DNA from: Camelus ferus
Taxonomy: Eukaryota
Assembly: GCF_009834535.1 (NCBI RefSeq)
Contig: NC_045696.1
Coordinates: 10,542,001 to 10,606,000, forward strand
Reading direction: 5' to 3'
Length of the DNA stretch: 64,000 bases
Part shown: piece after piece, positions 63,375-64,000 of the stretch
Layout of the letters: every line of letters starts with the position of its first letter
How positions within the stretch are numbered: the first letter of the stretch is position 1
The notes under the pieces: generated by a model
The model's database searches: none
What the model was told of the DNA's origin: nothing
Seen by the model: only the letters and a program-made list of their open reading frames with translations
Position numbers and translations under genes: made by a program

Positions 63375-63720
63375 CCTGAGCTGCTGGAATTAAGACTACA
63401 TTTCCCAGCCTCTCGCTGATAGGAGTGGTCATATGACTAATTTCTGTCCTATTGGTCAGGATGTAAATAGAAGAGAAATGCTACAGGTTCTAAGGACATC
63501 CCTCAAGAGACAACTGGCCCAAGTACCTCAGCCCACCTTCCCCTATTCCTCTGGCTGTGAAGACCAGGGCCACACCCCAGAAACAGCAGAGCAGAAAATT
63601 GGGAGAAGCTATACCAGTACAGGGATGCCTGACTCCAGGGTCTCATGTGACAGAAAGAAACATATCCTCTGGAAGCCATTTTTCCAGGTCTCTTACTGAG
63701 AAACCAACCTAATTTTAATA
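63375..63720 (+). mobile_element. Old MaLR LTR (MLT1J-like)
   Basis: 'aagactacatttcccagcctctcgctgataggagtggtcatatgactaatttctgtcctattgg'. Confidence 0.6.
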
Positions 63721-64000
63721 TGTTGATTCCTTTTATCCCTTCAAAATTTACCTGCTTGTATTAATTCCCCCAGACCAGAGCCATTCTCCCTAAAACATTC
63801 AAATAATTCAGAGTATTTAGTGATTATTTTGTGCTTCCCCTGTCAAGCAGTATAGTTATCTTTTTTACTGGAACCTTCAGAAGATTGCATCCTAAACCAG
63901 TAATTTAAAAAAAAAAAAACTCACGTTCAAAAGAAATTCAGTGCCTTTCTCATTGTTTCTGGGAAGTCCTGGTACGTGTGCTTGTGTTGGTCAGGGGTGA

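Noticed and set aside
1..64000. CRISPR arrays, prokaryotic operons, rRNA genes, intact ERV or transposase ORFs
   Set aside because: None seen. The sequence is mammalian, with only degenerate or non-autonomous elements.

Overview
This is mammalian, repeat-rich, almost entirely non-coding DNA. Seven tRNA-derived SINEs resemble the camelid vic-1 family, so the source is probably a camel, alpaca or llama (inference). The only clear gene feature is a CpG-island promoter (about 2340-3475). It contains a probable non-coding first exon on the minus strand, ending at a CCAAG|GTAAC donor at 3063, and the gene body runs off the left edge. I could not identify the gene. The remaining ~60 kb is upstream or intergenic DNA made of L1, L2, MIR, MaLR/ERV LTRs, hAT/Tigger MITEs, microsatellites and some repeat-poor candidate regulatory blocks. 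No listed ORF is a credible host gene; one is an L1 ORF2 remnant. The most unusual items are (i) a 341-bp TSD-flanked L1 whose 5' end is fused to its 3' end at what looks like a splice junction, (ii) a two-part inverted insertion inside an L1, copied from nearby sequence, and (iii) a young 273-bp dispersed direct duplication. Repeat family names come from my recall of consensus sequences, and boundaries are approximate unless a TSD is given. I found no evidence for a new protein-coding system.
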